From an uncultured Chloroflexia bacterium (GTDB taxonomy: Bacteria > Chloroflexota > Limnocylindria > Limnocylindrales > CSP1-4): 64,000 nt of DNA. A model generated the notes under the pieces. It had not been told where the DNA came from and made no database searches. It was given only the letters and a program-made list of their open reading frames with translations. Below are positions 16,387 through 26,693 of the stretch, piece after piece. The DNA is taken from contig CAWBGT010000001.1 in NCBI GenBank assembly GCA_963788375.1, positions 7,467 to 71,466 on the forward strand, given 5' to 3'. Every line of letters begins with the position of its first letter. Position 1 is the stretch's first letter. Made by a program: the position numbers and the translations under genes.

Positions 16387-18110
16387 GCGACCTCCTCCTC
16401 GGTGACCTGGGACAGGACGATCTCGCGATACGTCTCGCAGGTCCGCATCAGCTCGTCGTGGGTGCCGATCCCCGCGACGCTGCCGTCCTCGAGGACGACG
16501 ATCCGGTCGGCGTGGAGGATCGTCCCGACCCGCTGGGCGACGATGATCACAGTCGCGTTCGACAGCTCCCGGGCAAGCGCCGCCCTCAGGCGCGCGTCGG
16601 TGCGGAAGTCGAGCGCCGAGAAGCTGTCATCGAAGACGAAGATCTCGGGGCGCTTCGCGAGTGCCCTGGCGATGGCGAGCCGCTGCCGCTGGCCGCCCGA
16701 CACGTTGGTGCCACCCTGGGTGATCGGCGCCTCGAGTCCCTCCGGGATCTCCTCCACGAACGCGCGGCCCTGGGCGATGTCCAGGTATCGCCACATCTCG
16801 TCGTCGCTGGCGTCGTCGTGGCCGTAGCGCAGGTTGCTGGCGATGGTTCCGCCGAACAGGAACGCGCGCTGCGGGACCATGCCGATGCGCTTCCACAGGT
16901 CCTGGCGGTCCATCGTCCGGACGTCGACACCGTCGACGATCACCGAACCCCCGGTCGCGTCGTAGAACCGTGGCAGCAGGTTGATCAGGGTGGACTTGCC
17001 GCTACCCGTGGACCCGACGATGGCCACCGTCTCACCGGGGCTCGCGGTGAAGGAGATCCCTCGGAGGACCGGCTCGTCCGCCCCCGGGTAGCCGAAGGTG
17101 ACGTCGCGGAACTCGACCTGGCCGCCGCGAGCCGGCGAGACGGGCGCCTCCGGGTCCCAGATGGAGGGCACCGTATCGAGCACCTCGGCGATGCGGCCGC
17201 CGGAGACCGCGGCCCGCGGGACCATCACGAACATGATCACCGCGGTCATCATCGAGAACAGGATCAGGGAGATGTACTGGAGGAACGCGGTCAGGTTGCC
17301 GATCGGCATCTCGCCGCTGTCCACGCGGTAGGCGCCCAGCCACAGGACCGCGACCGTGCTCAGGTTCATGATCAGCATCAGGGCGGGCATCGTGATCGCG
17401 AACAGCCGGTTCACCCGCAGCCCGGTGTCCATGAGGTCGCGACTGGCGACGTCGAACCGCTCTTCCTCGTGCCGCGTTCGAACGAAGGCGCGGATCACGC
17501 GCACGCCGGCGAGGGTCTCCCGCATCACCAGGTTGATCCGGTCGATCTTCTTCTGCATGGCCTGGAACAGCGGGATGGCCCGCCGCATCACGACGGCGAT
17601 GAGCGTGACCATGATCGGGATGATGACCAGCAGGATTGCCGTCAGCGGGGGATCCTGGCGGAAGGCCATGATCACGCCTCCGACCATCATGATCGGCGCG
17701 ATGATCATCATGTTGAGCGCCATCAGCACCAGCGTCTGGACCTGCTGGACGTCGTTGGTGTTGCGGGTGATCAGGCTCGCGGCGCCGAACTGGTTGACCT
17801 CGACCAGGCTGAAGGTCTCGACCTTGCGGAAGATCGCGGACCGGACGTCGCGACCGAAGCCCATCGAGATCCGGGCGCTCCAGTAGACGGCGACGATGGC
17901 GGCGATCATGAGCGCGAACGTCACGACCAGCATCAGGCCGCCGGTCTGGATGATGTAGTCCGTGTCGCCCTTCGCCACGCCGTTGTTGATGATGTCGGCG
18001 TTGAGCTCCGGCAGGTACAGGTTCGCGATCGCCTGGATGAACAGCAGGACGATCACGAAGGCGATCGGCGTGCTGTACGGCCGCAGGTACTTGCGAAGGA
18101 TGGGGATCAT
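16383..18110 (-). CDS. ABC exporter, fused permease-ATPase (partner half-transporter)
   Basis: 575-aa ORF. TM domain followed by GSTGSGKSTL, VSGGQRQRLAIARAL and IFVFDDSFSALD. 4-bp overlap with the MarR gene (18107-18110). Confidence 0.85.
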   Translation of the reverse strand: MIPILRKYLRPYSTPIAFVIVLLFIQAIANLYLPELNADIINNGVAKGDTDYIIQTGGLMLVVTFALMIAAIVAVYWSARISMGFGRDVRSAIFRKVETFSLVEVNQFGAASLITRNTNDVQQVQTLVLMALNMMIIAPIMMVGGVIMAFRQDPPLTAILLVIIPIMVTLIAVVMRRAIPLFQAMQKKIDRINLVMRETLAGVRVIRAFVRTRHEEERFDVASRDLMDTGLRVNRLFAITMPALMLIMNLSTVAVLWLGAYRVDSGEMPIGNLTAFLQYISLILFSMMTAVIMFVMVPRAAVSGGRIAEVLDTVPSIWDPEAPVSPARGGQVEFRDVTFGYPGADEPVLRGISFTASPGETVAIVGSTGSGKSTLINLLPRFYDATGGSVIVDGVDVRTMDRQDLWKRIGMVPQRAFLFGGTIASNLRYGHDDASDDEMWRYLDIAQGRAFVEEIPEGLEAPITQGGTNVSGGQRQRLAIARALAKRPEIFVFDDSFSALDFRTDARLRAALARELSNATVIIVAQRVGTILHADRIVVLEDGSVAGIGTHDELMRTCETYREIVLSQVTEEEVA

Positions 18111-18616
18111 CGGGCCGTCTCGGCTGGCTCGAGGCTGGCGTGCCAGCGCTCTCGGGCGCGACGCATGGCCCGGGCGCCGAGGAGGAAGCCCTCGAGCTCC
18201 TCGTCGGTCAGCTGCGTGAGGAACTCCGCGAGGTGCTCGCGGCGCTCGGCGGCCATCCCGGCGATCAGGCGCCTGCCCTCGGCAGTGATGGCGACGCGGA
18301 TCACCCGCCGGTCCTCGTCGTCACGCTGGCGCTCCACCAGGTCCCGCTGCTCCATGCGATCGACGATGCCGGTCGCGCTGGCCTGGCTGACGTCCATCGC
18401 CTCCGCCAGTGCGCGCATCGCCATGGCGCCGTCGTGCTCCAGGAGGAACAGGATGTTCAGGTGGACGAGGGACAGCCGCCCGGCCGGCCAGTGACGCATG
18501 TTGTGCATGGCCGCGGCGGGCGAGTGAGCGGAGAGCTCGTCAAGCAGCTCGGCGAGCAGGGTCTCACGGGTCACGGGTGGGGTATGGCGGTTTCCCGGCG
18601 GCGTCTGGCGGCTCAC
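18107..18616 (-). CDS. MarR-family transcriptional regulator
   Basis: Winged-helix segment LSLVHLNILFLLEHDGAMAMRALAEAMDVSQASATGIVDRMEQRDLVERQRDDEDRRVIRVAITAEGRRL. First gene of the marR-ABC-ABC operon. Confidence 0.8.
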   Translation of the reverse strand: MSRQTPPGNRHTPPVTRETLLAELLDELSAHSPAAAMHNMRHWPAGRLSLVHLNILFLLEHDGAMAMRALAEAMDVSQASATGIVDRMEQRDLVERQRDDEDRRVIRVAITAEGRRLIAGMAAERREHLAEFLTQLTDEELEGFLLGARAMRRARERWHASLEPAETAR

Positions 18617-18706
18617 TGGCAGCGTCGGACCCTTAGTTGCAGGTAGATGGTCAATGCGGCACGAAGCATATTCGGTGTTCCGCGGCGGCGCAAGTGGCGC
18701 GGCGCG

Positions 18707-19882
18707 CTACTCGACGATCGCCTTGCGGAACCGCCAGGCTGCCAGGCCCATGAGCCCCACGGCGAACCCGGCAAGAACGACGAGGTTTGTCGCAACTGAC
18801 TCGATGCCGCCCCCGTCACGCACGAGCGATTGCAGGCCGAGCAGGGCCCAGGAGTGGGGGATCAGCTTCGAAAATGCCTGCATGGATTCGGGCATGAACT
18901 GGATGGGGATCATGCAGCCGCCCAATGCCGCCAGCGCGAGCCCCACGAAGACACCCAGGGACGAAGCCTGGTCCGCGTTCCGCGACCACGCCCCGATGAG
19001 CATCGCCGCCCCCGCCGCCACGAGGCCAAATACGGCGATGAGGGCCCCGGCCGCCAGCGGGTCACCCCACGACACGCCGAACAGGATGGACGTGAACGCA
19101 ACGATGACGACCGCCTGGAGCAGCGCCACAAAGTAGCGCCCCAGCGCCTCGCCGGTGACGATCGTCCAGGGCGAGGTTGGCGTTGAGACCATCCGCCGCG
19201 ACAGGCCCAGGAGCTTGGTCTGGACGAGCCGCCCGGCCGCCGTCAGCGAGGTGAGGAACATGAACAGCACGAGCTGCGTGGACGCGCCGAAGGTGAACTG
19301 GCCGAAACCTGCGAAGGCGCTGGCATCACCGACCTTGGTCACCGCCACCACGATGCCCGGCACCGTCGCGTAGCCCGACTCGGCTGCGGCCGCGGCCTCG
19401 TCCGGGGTTCCCAGGCCCTCCGCCACCGAGATGCGCGCTGCGGTGGTGATCGCCCCCAGCCGGGCGACGGCGGCGTCGATGGGGGCGCGGAGGCCGCTCG
19501 TGAGGGCGTCGGTGGTCCCGAGGTACCGGAGCTCGACCTTGCCCGGCCAGCCGAGCGACGTCGAGAACCCGTCCGGGATCACGAGCCCGGCCTCCAGCAG
19601 GCCGCGCTCAACCTGGCCGCGCAGCGTGTCCAGGTCCCCGACGCGCCGGATCTCGAACCGCGTGGAGTCCTCGGCGAGGATGGTGACCAGGGCCTCGGCA
19701 GCCGTGTCGCCGGCTGGAGCGACGACACCCAGTCGCGCCCGGGACACCCCGCCGAACTGCAGCCCGAGGGCCATGATGATGATGCCCGGGAGGACGAACA
19801 CGAAGAACAGGTCGCCGCGATCCCGCAGCTGGCGGACAAGGTTGATCCGCCCGATTGCGGCGACCTTGCGGGGCTGGATCAT
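18707..19882 (-). CDS. ABC-2 type transporter permease
   Basis: Internal start MIQPRKVAAIGRINLV inside ORF 18707..21229; ATGA overlap with the stop of the preceding permease (19879-19882). Six hydrophobic helices. Confidence 0.7.
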   Translation of the reverse strand: MIQPRKVAAIGRINLVRQLRDRGDLFFVFVLPGIIIMALGLQFGGVSRARLGVVAPAGDTAAEALVTILAEDSTRFEIRRVGDLDTLRGQVERGLLEAGLVIPDGFSTSLGWPGKVELRYLGTTDALTSGLRAPIDAAVARLGAITTAARISVAEGLGTPDEAAAAAESGYATVPGIVVAVTKVGDASAFAGFGQFTFGASTQLVLFMFLTSLTAAGRLVQTKLLGLSRRMVSTPTSPWTIVTGEALGRYFVALLQAVVIVAFTSILFGVSWGDPLAAGALIAVFGLVAAGAAMLIGAWSRNADQASSLGVFVGLALAALGGCMIPIQFMPESMQAFSKLIPHSWALLGLQSLVRDGGGIESVATNLVVLAGFAVGLMGLAAWRFRKAIVE

Positions 19883-21066
19883 CGGATGCGCACCAGTCGG
19901 CGGGCTCGGGCAAGACCGATCGACCCGCAGACGAGGCCCATGACGAGCAGCACGCCGACGGCCGACAGGCCGTCCGTCACCGACCCGGCCGGACCCGCCA
20001 TCTCCGCGAGGCCGTGCATGAACCAGCCATGCGGTGTGGCCAGGGCCACGGTCGCCATCACTTCCGGGGCGGTGGCCGTGGGCGAGAAGGAGCCGCCCAG
20101 GATGGCGAGGGTGATGGCAACCGCCGAGCTGGCGGCGCCCGCGGCCTCGGCGCTCCGGGTGAACGAGATCACCAGGGTGGAGATCCCGACCGCAGCGATC
20201 ACGGCGGCGACGAGCATGAGGGCGACGCCCAGCGGCGGACCCCAGTCCGCCCTGACCAGGACCGTCGTCGCGATCACCAGCACGGTCATCGAGAGGACGC
20301 CCAGGACGAAGCTCCCGAGGGTCTTGCCGGCGAGCACGGTCCACGGGCGGACGGGCCCGGCCAGCACGCGTGCGAGCGTCCCCTGGCGGCGCTCCTCGAA
20401 CAGGGTGACCAGCCCGATCTGGGCCGCGAAGAACAGGAACATGATCGCCATCGACGCCGAGAAGTAGGCCGGCAGGGTCAGCTGGCGGAGGTCCGCGGTC
20501 TCGTCCACGAGCACGACCGGCTGGCTCGCGCTCGACACCGCCCCTACGATCCGTGCCTGGAGCGCAGGATCCGGGGTGAGCGGACCACGGAGGTCGAGCG
20601 CGGTCGCGACCGCCAGCTGGACGGTGACCACCCCGTCGCCGAAGCGCTGGGCGACGGCTCGCGCGATCTCGGTCGCAAGGCCTGCGTCCTGGGCACCCAC
20701 CACCTCGAGCGTGGCGGCCTGACCGGCCTGGATCGCCATGGTGAACCCGGCTGGCACCAGGAACGCGGCATCGGCCGAGCCGTCCTCGACGGCGGCACGC
20801 GCCGCAGCCTCTGTCGGAGCATCCGTGATGTCGGCGACGCCGCCGTTCTCGAGCGAGCCGATGACGTCCTGGCGGAGGACCCGTCCCAGCTCGCCGCCGT
20901 CCATGTCCGCGACGACATAGCGCGCATGGAAGTCGGTCGTGCCGGCCAGGAGCTGGCTGAAGATGACCGCGAGGCCCAGCGGCGCAGCGATCGAGACGAG
21001 GAGCGCAGTGCGATCCCGGAATCGCTGGCGCAGGTCCTTGATCGCGATCAGGAATGCGACGCGCAT
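19879..21066 (-). CDS. ABC-2 type transporter permease
   Basis: 395-aa ORF. N-terminal MRVAFLIAIKDLRQRFRDRTALL is typical of ABC-2 permeases, followed by a long periplasmic loop and 5 helices. Confidence 0.7.
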   Translation of the reverse strand: MRVAFLIAIKDLRQRFRDRTALLVSIAAPLGLAVIFSQLLAGTTDFHARYVVADMDGGELGRVLRQDVIGSLENGGVADITDAPTEAAARAAVEDGSADAAFLVPAGFTMAIQAGQAATLEVVGAQDAGLATEIARAVAQRFGDGVVTVQLAVATALDLRGPLTPDPALQARIVGAVSSASQPVVLVDETADLRQLTLPAYFSASMAIMFLFFAAQIGLVTLFEERRQGTLARVLAGPVRPWTVLAGKTLGSFVLGVLSMTVLVIATTVLVRADWGPPLGVALMLVAAVIAAVGISTLVISFTRSAEAAGAASSAVAITLAILGGSFSPTATAPEVMATVALATPHGWFMHGLAEMAGPAGSVTDGLSAVGVLLVMGLVCGSIGLARARRLVRIR

Positions 21067-21081
21067 CTGCTGTCGCCCAGG

Positions 21082-22110
21082 CTACTCGGCGTCGCGGAGG
21101 GCGCGGCCGGTCACGTGCAGGAAGACGGCCTCGAGGTCCGGCTGGATGATCTCGACGCCACGCACATGGGCTCCCGCTCCTTCGACCGCGTCCAGGAGCC
21201 GTGGCAGCACGCGACCGGCATCGGTGCACAGGACCTCCAGCCCGTCCCCGGTGGCCGACACCGCGGCGGAGGCCACGCCGCGGATCGAGCTCGCGGCATG
21301 GGCGGCGGCGTTGAGATCGCCGGTCAGCGCCATCCGGACCTCGTCCCGCTGTCCGATCAGGGCGACCAGTTCGCGCTGGGTGCCCTCCGCCCGGATCTCG
21401 CCGCCGTCGATGATCGCGATCCGGTCGCAGAGGCGTTCGGCCTCCTCCATGTAGTGGGTGGTGTACAGGATGGCCATGCCGTGCTCGCCCAGGGTGGCGA
21501 TGGATTCGAGGATCGCATTGCGGCTTTGCGGATCCACGCCCACGGTCGGCTCGTCGAGCAGGAGCAGCCTCGGCTGGTGGAGCAGTCCGATGCCGATGTT
21601 GAGCCGGCGCTGCATGCCGCCGCTGTACTTGTCCGTGCGGTCGCTGCCGCGCTCGGTGAGGCCGATGAGCTCGAGGACTTCCTCCACGCGAGCTTTGAGC
21701 GGCGCCCCGCCGAGACCATACAGGCGGCCGAAGAAGGCGAGGTTCTCGCGCGCGGTGAGGTCCGGGTAGATCGCCAGCTCCTGGGGCACGTAGCCGATGC
21801 CGGACTTGGCGGCCACCGCTCCCACGTCGATGGGCTGCCCGTCCAGGGTCACAGTGCCGGCGTCGCGGGCCAGGAGGCCGCAGATCATCGAGATGGTCGT
21901 GGTCTTGCCCGCGCCGTTGGGCCCCAGGAGACCGTACGTCTCGCCGGCGTGGATCTCGAACGAGACGCCCTTGACGGCCTCGATCTTGTCGTAGCTCTTG
22001 CGCAGGTCACCAACGGCCAGCACGACCGGGCCCGCCGGCGTGCGGTTGTCCGCGGGAGCCCCGTCGAGCCCTTCGCCGGGAGCGGCGTCCGTCTCGGGCC
22101 CTGTCTCCAT
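21082..22110 (-). CDS. ABC transporter ATP-binding protein
   Basis: GPNGAGKTTT, YSGGMQRRLNIGIGL and LLLLDEPTVGVD. Confidence 0.85.
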   Translation of the reverse strand: METGPETDAAPGEGLDGAPADNRTPAGPVVLAVGDLRKSYDKIEAVKGVSFEIHAGETYGLLGPNGAGKTTTISMICGLLARDAGTVTLDGQPIDVGAVAAKSGIGYVPQELAIYPDLTARENLAFFGRLYGLGGAPLKARVEEVLELIGLTERGSDRTDKYSGGMQRRLNIGIGLLHQPRLLLLDEPTVGVDPQSRNAILESIATLGEHGMAILYTTHYMEEAERLCDRIAIIDGGEIRAEGTQRELVALIGQRDEVRMALTGDLNAAAHAASSIRGVASAAVSATGDGLEVLCTDAGRVLPRLLDAVEGAGAHVRGVEIIQPDLEAVFLHVTGRALRDAE

Positions 22111-22195
22111 GGAACCTCCGCGATGCGGTTGGCGATCCGGTAATGGTGCCCGCTCGCACCCTCAGGCCGCAAGTCTGTACGGGCCGCGGCCCGTC

Positions 22196-22993
22196 TCAGC
22201 CGCGCTTGCGCACCTTCCAGACCTCCTCGACCGGCCAGGTCCGCGCCCAGTCGTAGGGCGCCCATTCGTACGTCGTGGTGCTGCCCTCGGGGATCCTGGG
22301 CTCCACGAGCGCCTCGATGTCGAAACCGCACCGGCGGAACAGGTCGACCCAGTCCGCGTGCGAGAGATGGAACTCGACCGACGTCTCACCCTCCCACGTG
22401 ATCCGGTGCAGACCGAACGACGTCCGCAGCAGGCGGTCCGTGAGCGGTGCGTCCGGGTCCTCGGGCGCGGTGAGCATGGCGAGCACGCCGTTGGTCAGGA
22501 CATGCAGGCGGCCACCGGGCCGCAGGAGCCTCGCAGCCTCCGGAACCCAGGCATACGGGTCTGCCCACAGGACGGCACCGTACTCGCTGATCGCGAAGTC
22601 GAACGAGGCGTCGGGGTAGGGGACCCGTTCCGCATTGCCAAGGAGGAGTGGGAAGTCCAGGCCGTGCTCGCCCTGGAGGCGGGTGGCCGTCTCCAGCTGC
22701 TTCGGCGAGTTGTCGATGCCGACCACGCGGGCTCCCCTGCGGGCCATCCAGGCCGAGACGTACGCGGTGCCGCACCCGAGCTCGATGGCGTCCAGCCCCA
22801 CCAGGTCGTCCGGGAGCATCCCGAGCTGCGTCTCCGGAATGCCGAAGATGCCCCATGTCTCCTCGCCGGGTTCGAGCCGCCATGAGCGCTCGCCCGCCCC
22901 GACGTACTCGTGCGCGAACCCGTCCCACGCTTCACGATTCTGGGCCACGTGCTCCGGCAGGATCCCCTCGTCGTCCGTCGCCATGTCAGGCAC
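22196..22993 (-). CDS. class I SAM-dependent methyltransferase
   Basis: Motif I LGCGTAYVS and LLRPGGRL within a Rossmann-like fold. Confidence 0.8.
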   Translation of the reverse strand: MPDMATDDEGILPEHVAQNREAWDGFAHEYVGAGERSWRLEPGEETWGIFGIPETQLGMLPDDLVGLDAIELGCGTAYVSAWMARRGARVVGIDNSPKQLETATRLQGEHGLDFPLLLGNAERVPYPDASFDFAISEYGAVLWADPYAWVPEAARLLRPGGRLHVLTNGVLAMLTAPEDPDAPLTDRLLRTSFGLHRITWEGETSVEFHLSHADWVDLFRRCGFDIEALVEPRIPEGSTTTYEWAPYDWARTWPVEEVWKVRKRG

Positions 22994-23897
22994 CGCCTAT
23001 ATGGAGCGCCCGGGCCTCGAGCAGGATCTCGACCATCCTCTCGTCGGCCGGCCGCATGTCGACCTGGACGTGGCCCACCCCGAGCTCACGCCAGGCATCG
23101 AGGGCCCGGGCGATGGCAGCGGGGTCGGAGGGCAGGAACGCCGGTGCTCCGGGCCGTCCGCCGGCCGCGGCCTCCGAGTCGATGGTCAGGCCGACCGTGA
23201 TCTCGAGCGTCGCCGGGTCGCGTCCCTCCGCCTCGCAGGCGGTGGCGAGGTCCGCCAGGCGGCCCGCGGATCGATCATCCGGAAAGCCGAACCAGGCCAT
23301 GTTCCAGGCGTCGGCGTGCCGGGCGACCATGCGCAGCACCCGCTCGCCCTTCGCAGCGACAAGAACGGGGATCCGGCCGGGCAGCCGGGAGGGCCGCGGC
23401 GGCGGCGGGATCAGGACCGCGTCATCGACGTCATGCCAGCGCCCGTGGAACGTGACCCGCTCCCCCCGCAGGAGGGGAGTGATGATGCCCAGTGCCTCCT
23501 CGAACCGGCCGGCGCGGTGGTCGAACGGGTAGCCGAAGGCCGCATATTCGGGCTCGTGCCAGCCCGTGCCCAGGCCCAGGATCAGGCGGCCGTCCGCCAC
23601 CTCGTCCAGGGTCGCGGCCATCTTCGCGGTCAGCGCGGGGGGCCGGAAGCCCGTGCCCAGCACGATGGTGCCAAGCTCCGCCCGCTCGGTCACCGCCGCC
23701 AGCGCGGCGAGGAGGGTCCAGGCCTCGTGGATGCCGTCCTCGCTCTCGCCGGCCATCCGGAAGATGAGGTGGTCGTAGACCCACAGGCTGTCGATGCCGC
23801 CCGCCTCGGCGAGCAGCGCGAGCCGGCGGATCGAATTCCAGGCGCCGGCACCCGGGCCGTCCGCCTCGTTCATCGGGAGCACGATTCCGATCTTCAT
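22986..23897 (-). CDS. LLM-class (luciferase-like) F420-dependent oxidoreductase
   Basis: Internal start MKIGIVLP at codon 169 of ORF 22986..24401. DSLWVYDHL, LGLGTGW and a TIM-barrel LLM pattern. Confidence 0.8.
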   Translation of the reverse strand: MKIGIVLPMNEADGPGAGAWNSIRRLALLAEAGGIDSLWVYDHLIFRMAGESEDGIHEAWTLLAALAAVTERAELGTIVLGTGFRPPALTAKMAATLDEVADGRLILGLGTGWHEPEYAAFGYPFDHRAGRFEEALGIITPLLRGERVTFHGRWHDVDDAVLIPPPPRPSRLPGRIPVLVAAKGERVLRMVARHADAWNMAWFGFPDDRSAGRLADLATACEAEGRDPATLEITVGLTIDSEAAAGGRPGAPAFLPSDPAAIARALDAWRELGVGHVQVDMRPADERMVEILLEARALHIGGA

Positions 23898-23985
23898 CGG
23901 GCGATGGTAGCGACCCGGTGCCAGCGACCCAGTGCCAGCGGCCCAGGCCTGCGATGGTAGCGACCCGGTGCTGGCCGGCCAGGCG

Positions 23986-24414
23986 CTAGCGGGCGAGGCC
24001 TGCGATGGCGGCGATGATGGCGTCAGCCGCCTCGTCCACTGTGGCGAGCGGCAGCTCGATGTGGACGTCCGCGGCGCCGACCAGCATCGCGTTGTAGGGC
24101 ATGTCGGCCGAGTCGCCCGTCCCGCGGAAGTCCCCTCGGAACAGGACGACGGGCTTGCCGCGGCCGTAGGCGTAGCCGCACTCCCAGCTGGTGCCCGAGT
24201 CCGGGTCCGCGCCGTCCATGATCGCGACGACGCCGTCCGCCCAGTCCACGCCCTCGAGATCCTTGCGGAAGATGGCGGCCGCGGTGCGCTCGCCGGCCGG
24301 GTGCAGGTGGGGCACGTAGACCTCGTGGCCGGCGGCCTCGAGGCGAGCGGCGAGGGCTTCGTTCCACAGCCGCTCGGGAGTCGTGAACAGGGGACCGGCA
24401 AGGTAGACCTTCAT
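23986..24414 (-). CDS. nucleoside 2-deoxyribosyltransferase-like protein
   Basis: MKVYLAGPLF with a Rossmann-like fold typical of the NDT family; 142 aa. Confidence 0.65.
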   Translation of the reverse strand: MKVYLAGPLFTTPERLWNEALAARLEAAGHEVYVPHLHPAGERTAAAIFRKDLEGVDWADGVVAIMDGADPDSGTSWECGYAYGRGKPVVLFRGDFRGTGDSADMPYNAMLVGAADVHIELPLATVDEAADAIIAAIAGLAR

Positions 24415-24500
24415 GCCCTGAGCATGCCCGATGTGCGATCTCGCCGCGCGTGCATCCGCGACCGCGCCTGCATCCGCGACAATGTGGCGCGCGTGGCTTG

Positions 24501-25409
24501 ATGCCCGCCCAGTCGCCTGCCCCAGCCGGAGACCCTTTGACCCGCGCCTTCGACCGCCGCAACCCGCGCCATCTGGCCGGGCTCGTGGTTGCCATCGCGA
24601 TGTGGACGCTGGTGGTCGTGGGCTCGGACCCCAGCGTGGACGTCACGGACCCGCTGAGTGGACGGGTCGTGACCGCGCAGGACGCCCGGTCCTACTACGG
24701 TCTGGACCTGGGTGACCTGTACGCGGGCCGGACCGAGTGGAACACCATTGGCGCGTACCCGTACTCGCCGGTGTTTGCCCAGCTGGTCTCCCCGCTGGAC
24801 CTGCTGCCGTGGCCGGCGTTCGTGGCTGTATGGACGGCAATGCTCATCGGGGCGACCTACCTGATCACCGGCCCCGACCTGTTCCTGCTGGGGCTTGCCG
24901 TCGGGGCGATGGAGATCGCAGGCGGCAATATCTCGCTGATGCTGACGCTTGCGATTGTCGAGGGCTTCCGGCGGCCGTGGACATGGGCGTTCGTGCTGCT
25001 GACCAAGATCACGCCCGGCGTCGGGCTGTTGTGGTTCGCCCTCCGGCGGGAGTGGCGGGCGCTCGCGGTCGCCCTGGGCGCCACGGTCGCCGTGGTCGGC
25101 GTCTCGTTCGCGCTGATCCCGGGGGCCTGGGGGGACTGGATCTCGCTGCTGGCGGCGAACACGGGCAAGGGCGGCACCTGGGCGGCGGTGCCCATCCCGC
25201 TCATCATCCGCGGCCCCATCGGCGTCGCCCTGATCACCTGGGGTGCGTTCCGCAACCAGCGCTGGGTGGTGCCGGTAGGGACGATGCTCTGCCTGCCGGC
25301 GCTGTGGTACGGCTCGTTGTCGATGCTGCTGGGCGTCATCCCGCTGACGACGCCCGAGGAGCGCTCGCTCGCATGGGCGCGCGCCGTGGCGGTGGTCCGG
25401 CGAGCCTGA
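24501..25409 (+). CDS. hypothetical polytopic membrane protein (DUF2029/GT87-like?)
   Basis: In-frame ATG at 24501 in ORF 24450..25409; 8-9 hydrophobic helices. Confidence 0.5.
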   Translation: MPAQSPAPAGDPLTRAFDRRNPRHLAGLVVAIAMWTLVVVGSDPSVDVTDPLSGRVVTAQDARSYYGLDLGDLYAGRTEWNTIGAYPYSPVFAQLVSPLDLLPWPAFVAVWTAMLIGATYLITGPDLFLLGLAVGAMEIAGGNISLMLTLAIVEGFRRPWTWAFVLLTKITPGVGLLWFALRREWRALAVALGATVAVVGVSFALIPGAWGDWISLLAANTGKGGTWAAVPIPLIIRGPIGVALITWGAFRNQRWVVPVGTMLCLPALWYGSLSMLLGVIPLTTPEERSLAWARAVAVVRRA

Positions 25410-25410
25410 A

Positions 25411-25607
25411 CCCGGTTGGGCGCCCGTGGGGCCTCGCGCGCATGCCACGCGGCGGTTGGGCGCCCGTGGGGCCTCGCGCGCATGCCGCTCGGCGGTTGGG
25501 CGCCCGGGGGCCTCGCGCATGCCGCTCGGCGGTTGGGCGCCCGTGGGGCCTCGCGCGCATGCCGCTCGGCGGTTGGACGCCCGTGGGGCCTCGCGCGCAT
25601 GCCACGC
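25411..25607. repeat. tandem repeat, about 40-bp unit ggcggttgggcgcccgtggggcctcgcgcgcatgccgctc, about 5 copies
   Basis: Direct reading. Lies immediately upstream of the second HTH paralog. Confidence 0.85.
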
Positions 25608-25876
25608 AAGGAACCGTGAGCACCGCGTCGCGGACGTGAGCGGCGTGCACGGCCGGAGCACGAATGGCTGCGGAATCGGTCCCTCGCCCGCCGGGCCCTT
25701 GCTCGCGACGCACGAGCGTTGCGGGAGCGCTCGAAGACCTTGCGGCGTACGCACGGCCGCCAAGTTTCGGGCGGGCGCCTGGTCGCCGGGTCCCGGGCGG
25801 GCGCGTCCCGGGCGCACGGCTGCCGGGTCCCGGGCGGGCAAAGTCTGGGCGAACTGACGCCTGTCACGCTGGCCGC

Positions 25877-26617
25877 ATGGCCAGGACCAACCTCCAGATC
25901 CTTGCAGACGAGCATGCCGCCGAACTCCGGCGCGTCCTCGCACAGGACCTCCGACGCATGCGGGAGGACGCGGGCTGCACGCGGGTGGCCGTCGCGTCCC
26001 TTGCCGGCGTGGATCCGTCTCTGATCACGAGACTCGAGGCCCGGGACGTCCACCCGACACTCGAGACATACGCGCGCGTCGCAGCGGCACTGGGCGCCAA
26101 CCTCGCGACGAGGGTGTACCCGGCCACCGGGCCAAGCGTGCGGGACCGCCACCAGGTCCGCACCGCCGAGTGTCTCCTGGCGTCGCTTCACCCGCGCTGG
26201 CACGCGACGCCCGAGGCGGCCGTCCGTCATCCGGTCCGCGGCTGGGTGGATGTCGCCCTGCACGACCCGGCGGCCGCGCTGGTGGTTGCCACGGAGATCG
26301 AGTCGCTCCTCCGCCGGCTCGAGCAACTGCTCAGGTGGAGCCAGGAGAAGGCGGCGGCGCTGCCGTCCTCGGTGGCGTGGCCCTCGTGGTCGGCAGCGGG
26401 GCGACCGGCCATCTCCAGGCTCCTGGTCGTACGTTGGACGCGCCAGAACCGGGAGGTTGCCGGCGACGCCCGCAGGCTGCTGGCAGCCGCCTATCCAGCG
26501 GACCCGAGAGATGCACTCGATGCGATCACTGGAACGATGGCATGGCCAGGCCCGGCGCCGCTCTGGATGCGCCACGAGCGGTCCGGCGCCGGCGCCCTGC
26601 ATCCGTGGCGTCCGTGA
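25877..26617 (+). CDS. XRE-family helix-turn-helix protein with C-terminal domain of unknown function (paralog of 5718..6374)
   Basis: In-frame ATG at 25877 in ORF 25664..26617. HTH segment CTRVAVASLAGVDPSLITRLEARDVHPTLETYARVAAALGANL. The C-terminal region aligns loosely with the first paralog. Confidence 0.6.
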   Translation: MARTNLQILADEHAAELRRVLAQDLRRMREDAGCTRVAVASLAGVDPSLITRLEARDVHPTLETYARVAAALGANLATRVYPATGPSVRDRHQVRTAECLLASLHPRWHATPEAAVRHPVRGWVDVALHDPAAALVVATEIESLLRRLEQLLRWSQEKAAALPSSVAWPSWSAAGRPAISRLLVVRWTRQNREVAGDARRLLAAAYPADPRDALDAITGTMAWPGPAPLWMRHERSGAGALHPWRP

Positions 26618-26618
26618 T

Positions 26619-26693
26619 GCGACTGCCCCCTGGCGGCGACTGCCCCGTGGCGGCGACTGCCCCCTGGCGGCGACTGCCCCCTGGCGGCGACGG
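26619..26693. repeat. tandem repeat, 18-bp unit gcgactgccccctggcgg, about 4 copies
   Basis: Direct reading. Begins at the stop of the HTH gene. Confidence 0.75.

Noticed and set aside
13784-16827. ORFs 13784..15499 (minus, 571 aa) and 14029..16827 (plus, 932 aa)
   Set aside because: They are alternative-frame or antisense reads of the ABC exporter gene and the tandem-repeat region. They have no motifs and a repetitive RRTQ/AVACAA composition derived from the 15-bp repeat.
16299-18494. 731-aa plus-strand ORF antisense to the ABC exporter/MarR genes
   Set aside because: Antisense to two genes with clear ABC motifs; low-complexity H/D/R-rich translation.
18707-21229. 840-aa ORF on minus strand
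   Set aside because: Only the last 392 codons, from MIQPRK with an ATGA overlap with the upstream permease, are credible. The N-terminal 450 aa are an off-frame read of the neighbouring permease gene.
19855-22143. 762-aa plus-strand ORF
   Set aside because: Antisense to the ABC ATPase and permease operon; junk composition.
22986-24401. N-terminal 168 codons of ORF 22986..24401
   Set aside because: Pro/Ser/Thr-rich nonsense overlapping the 3' end of the deoxyribosyltransferase gene region. The LLM oxidoreductase starts at the internal MKIGIV (23897).
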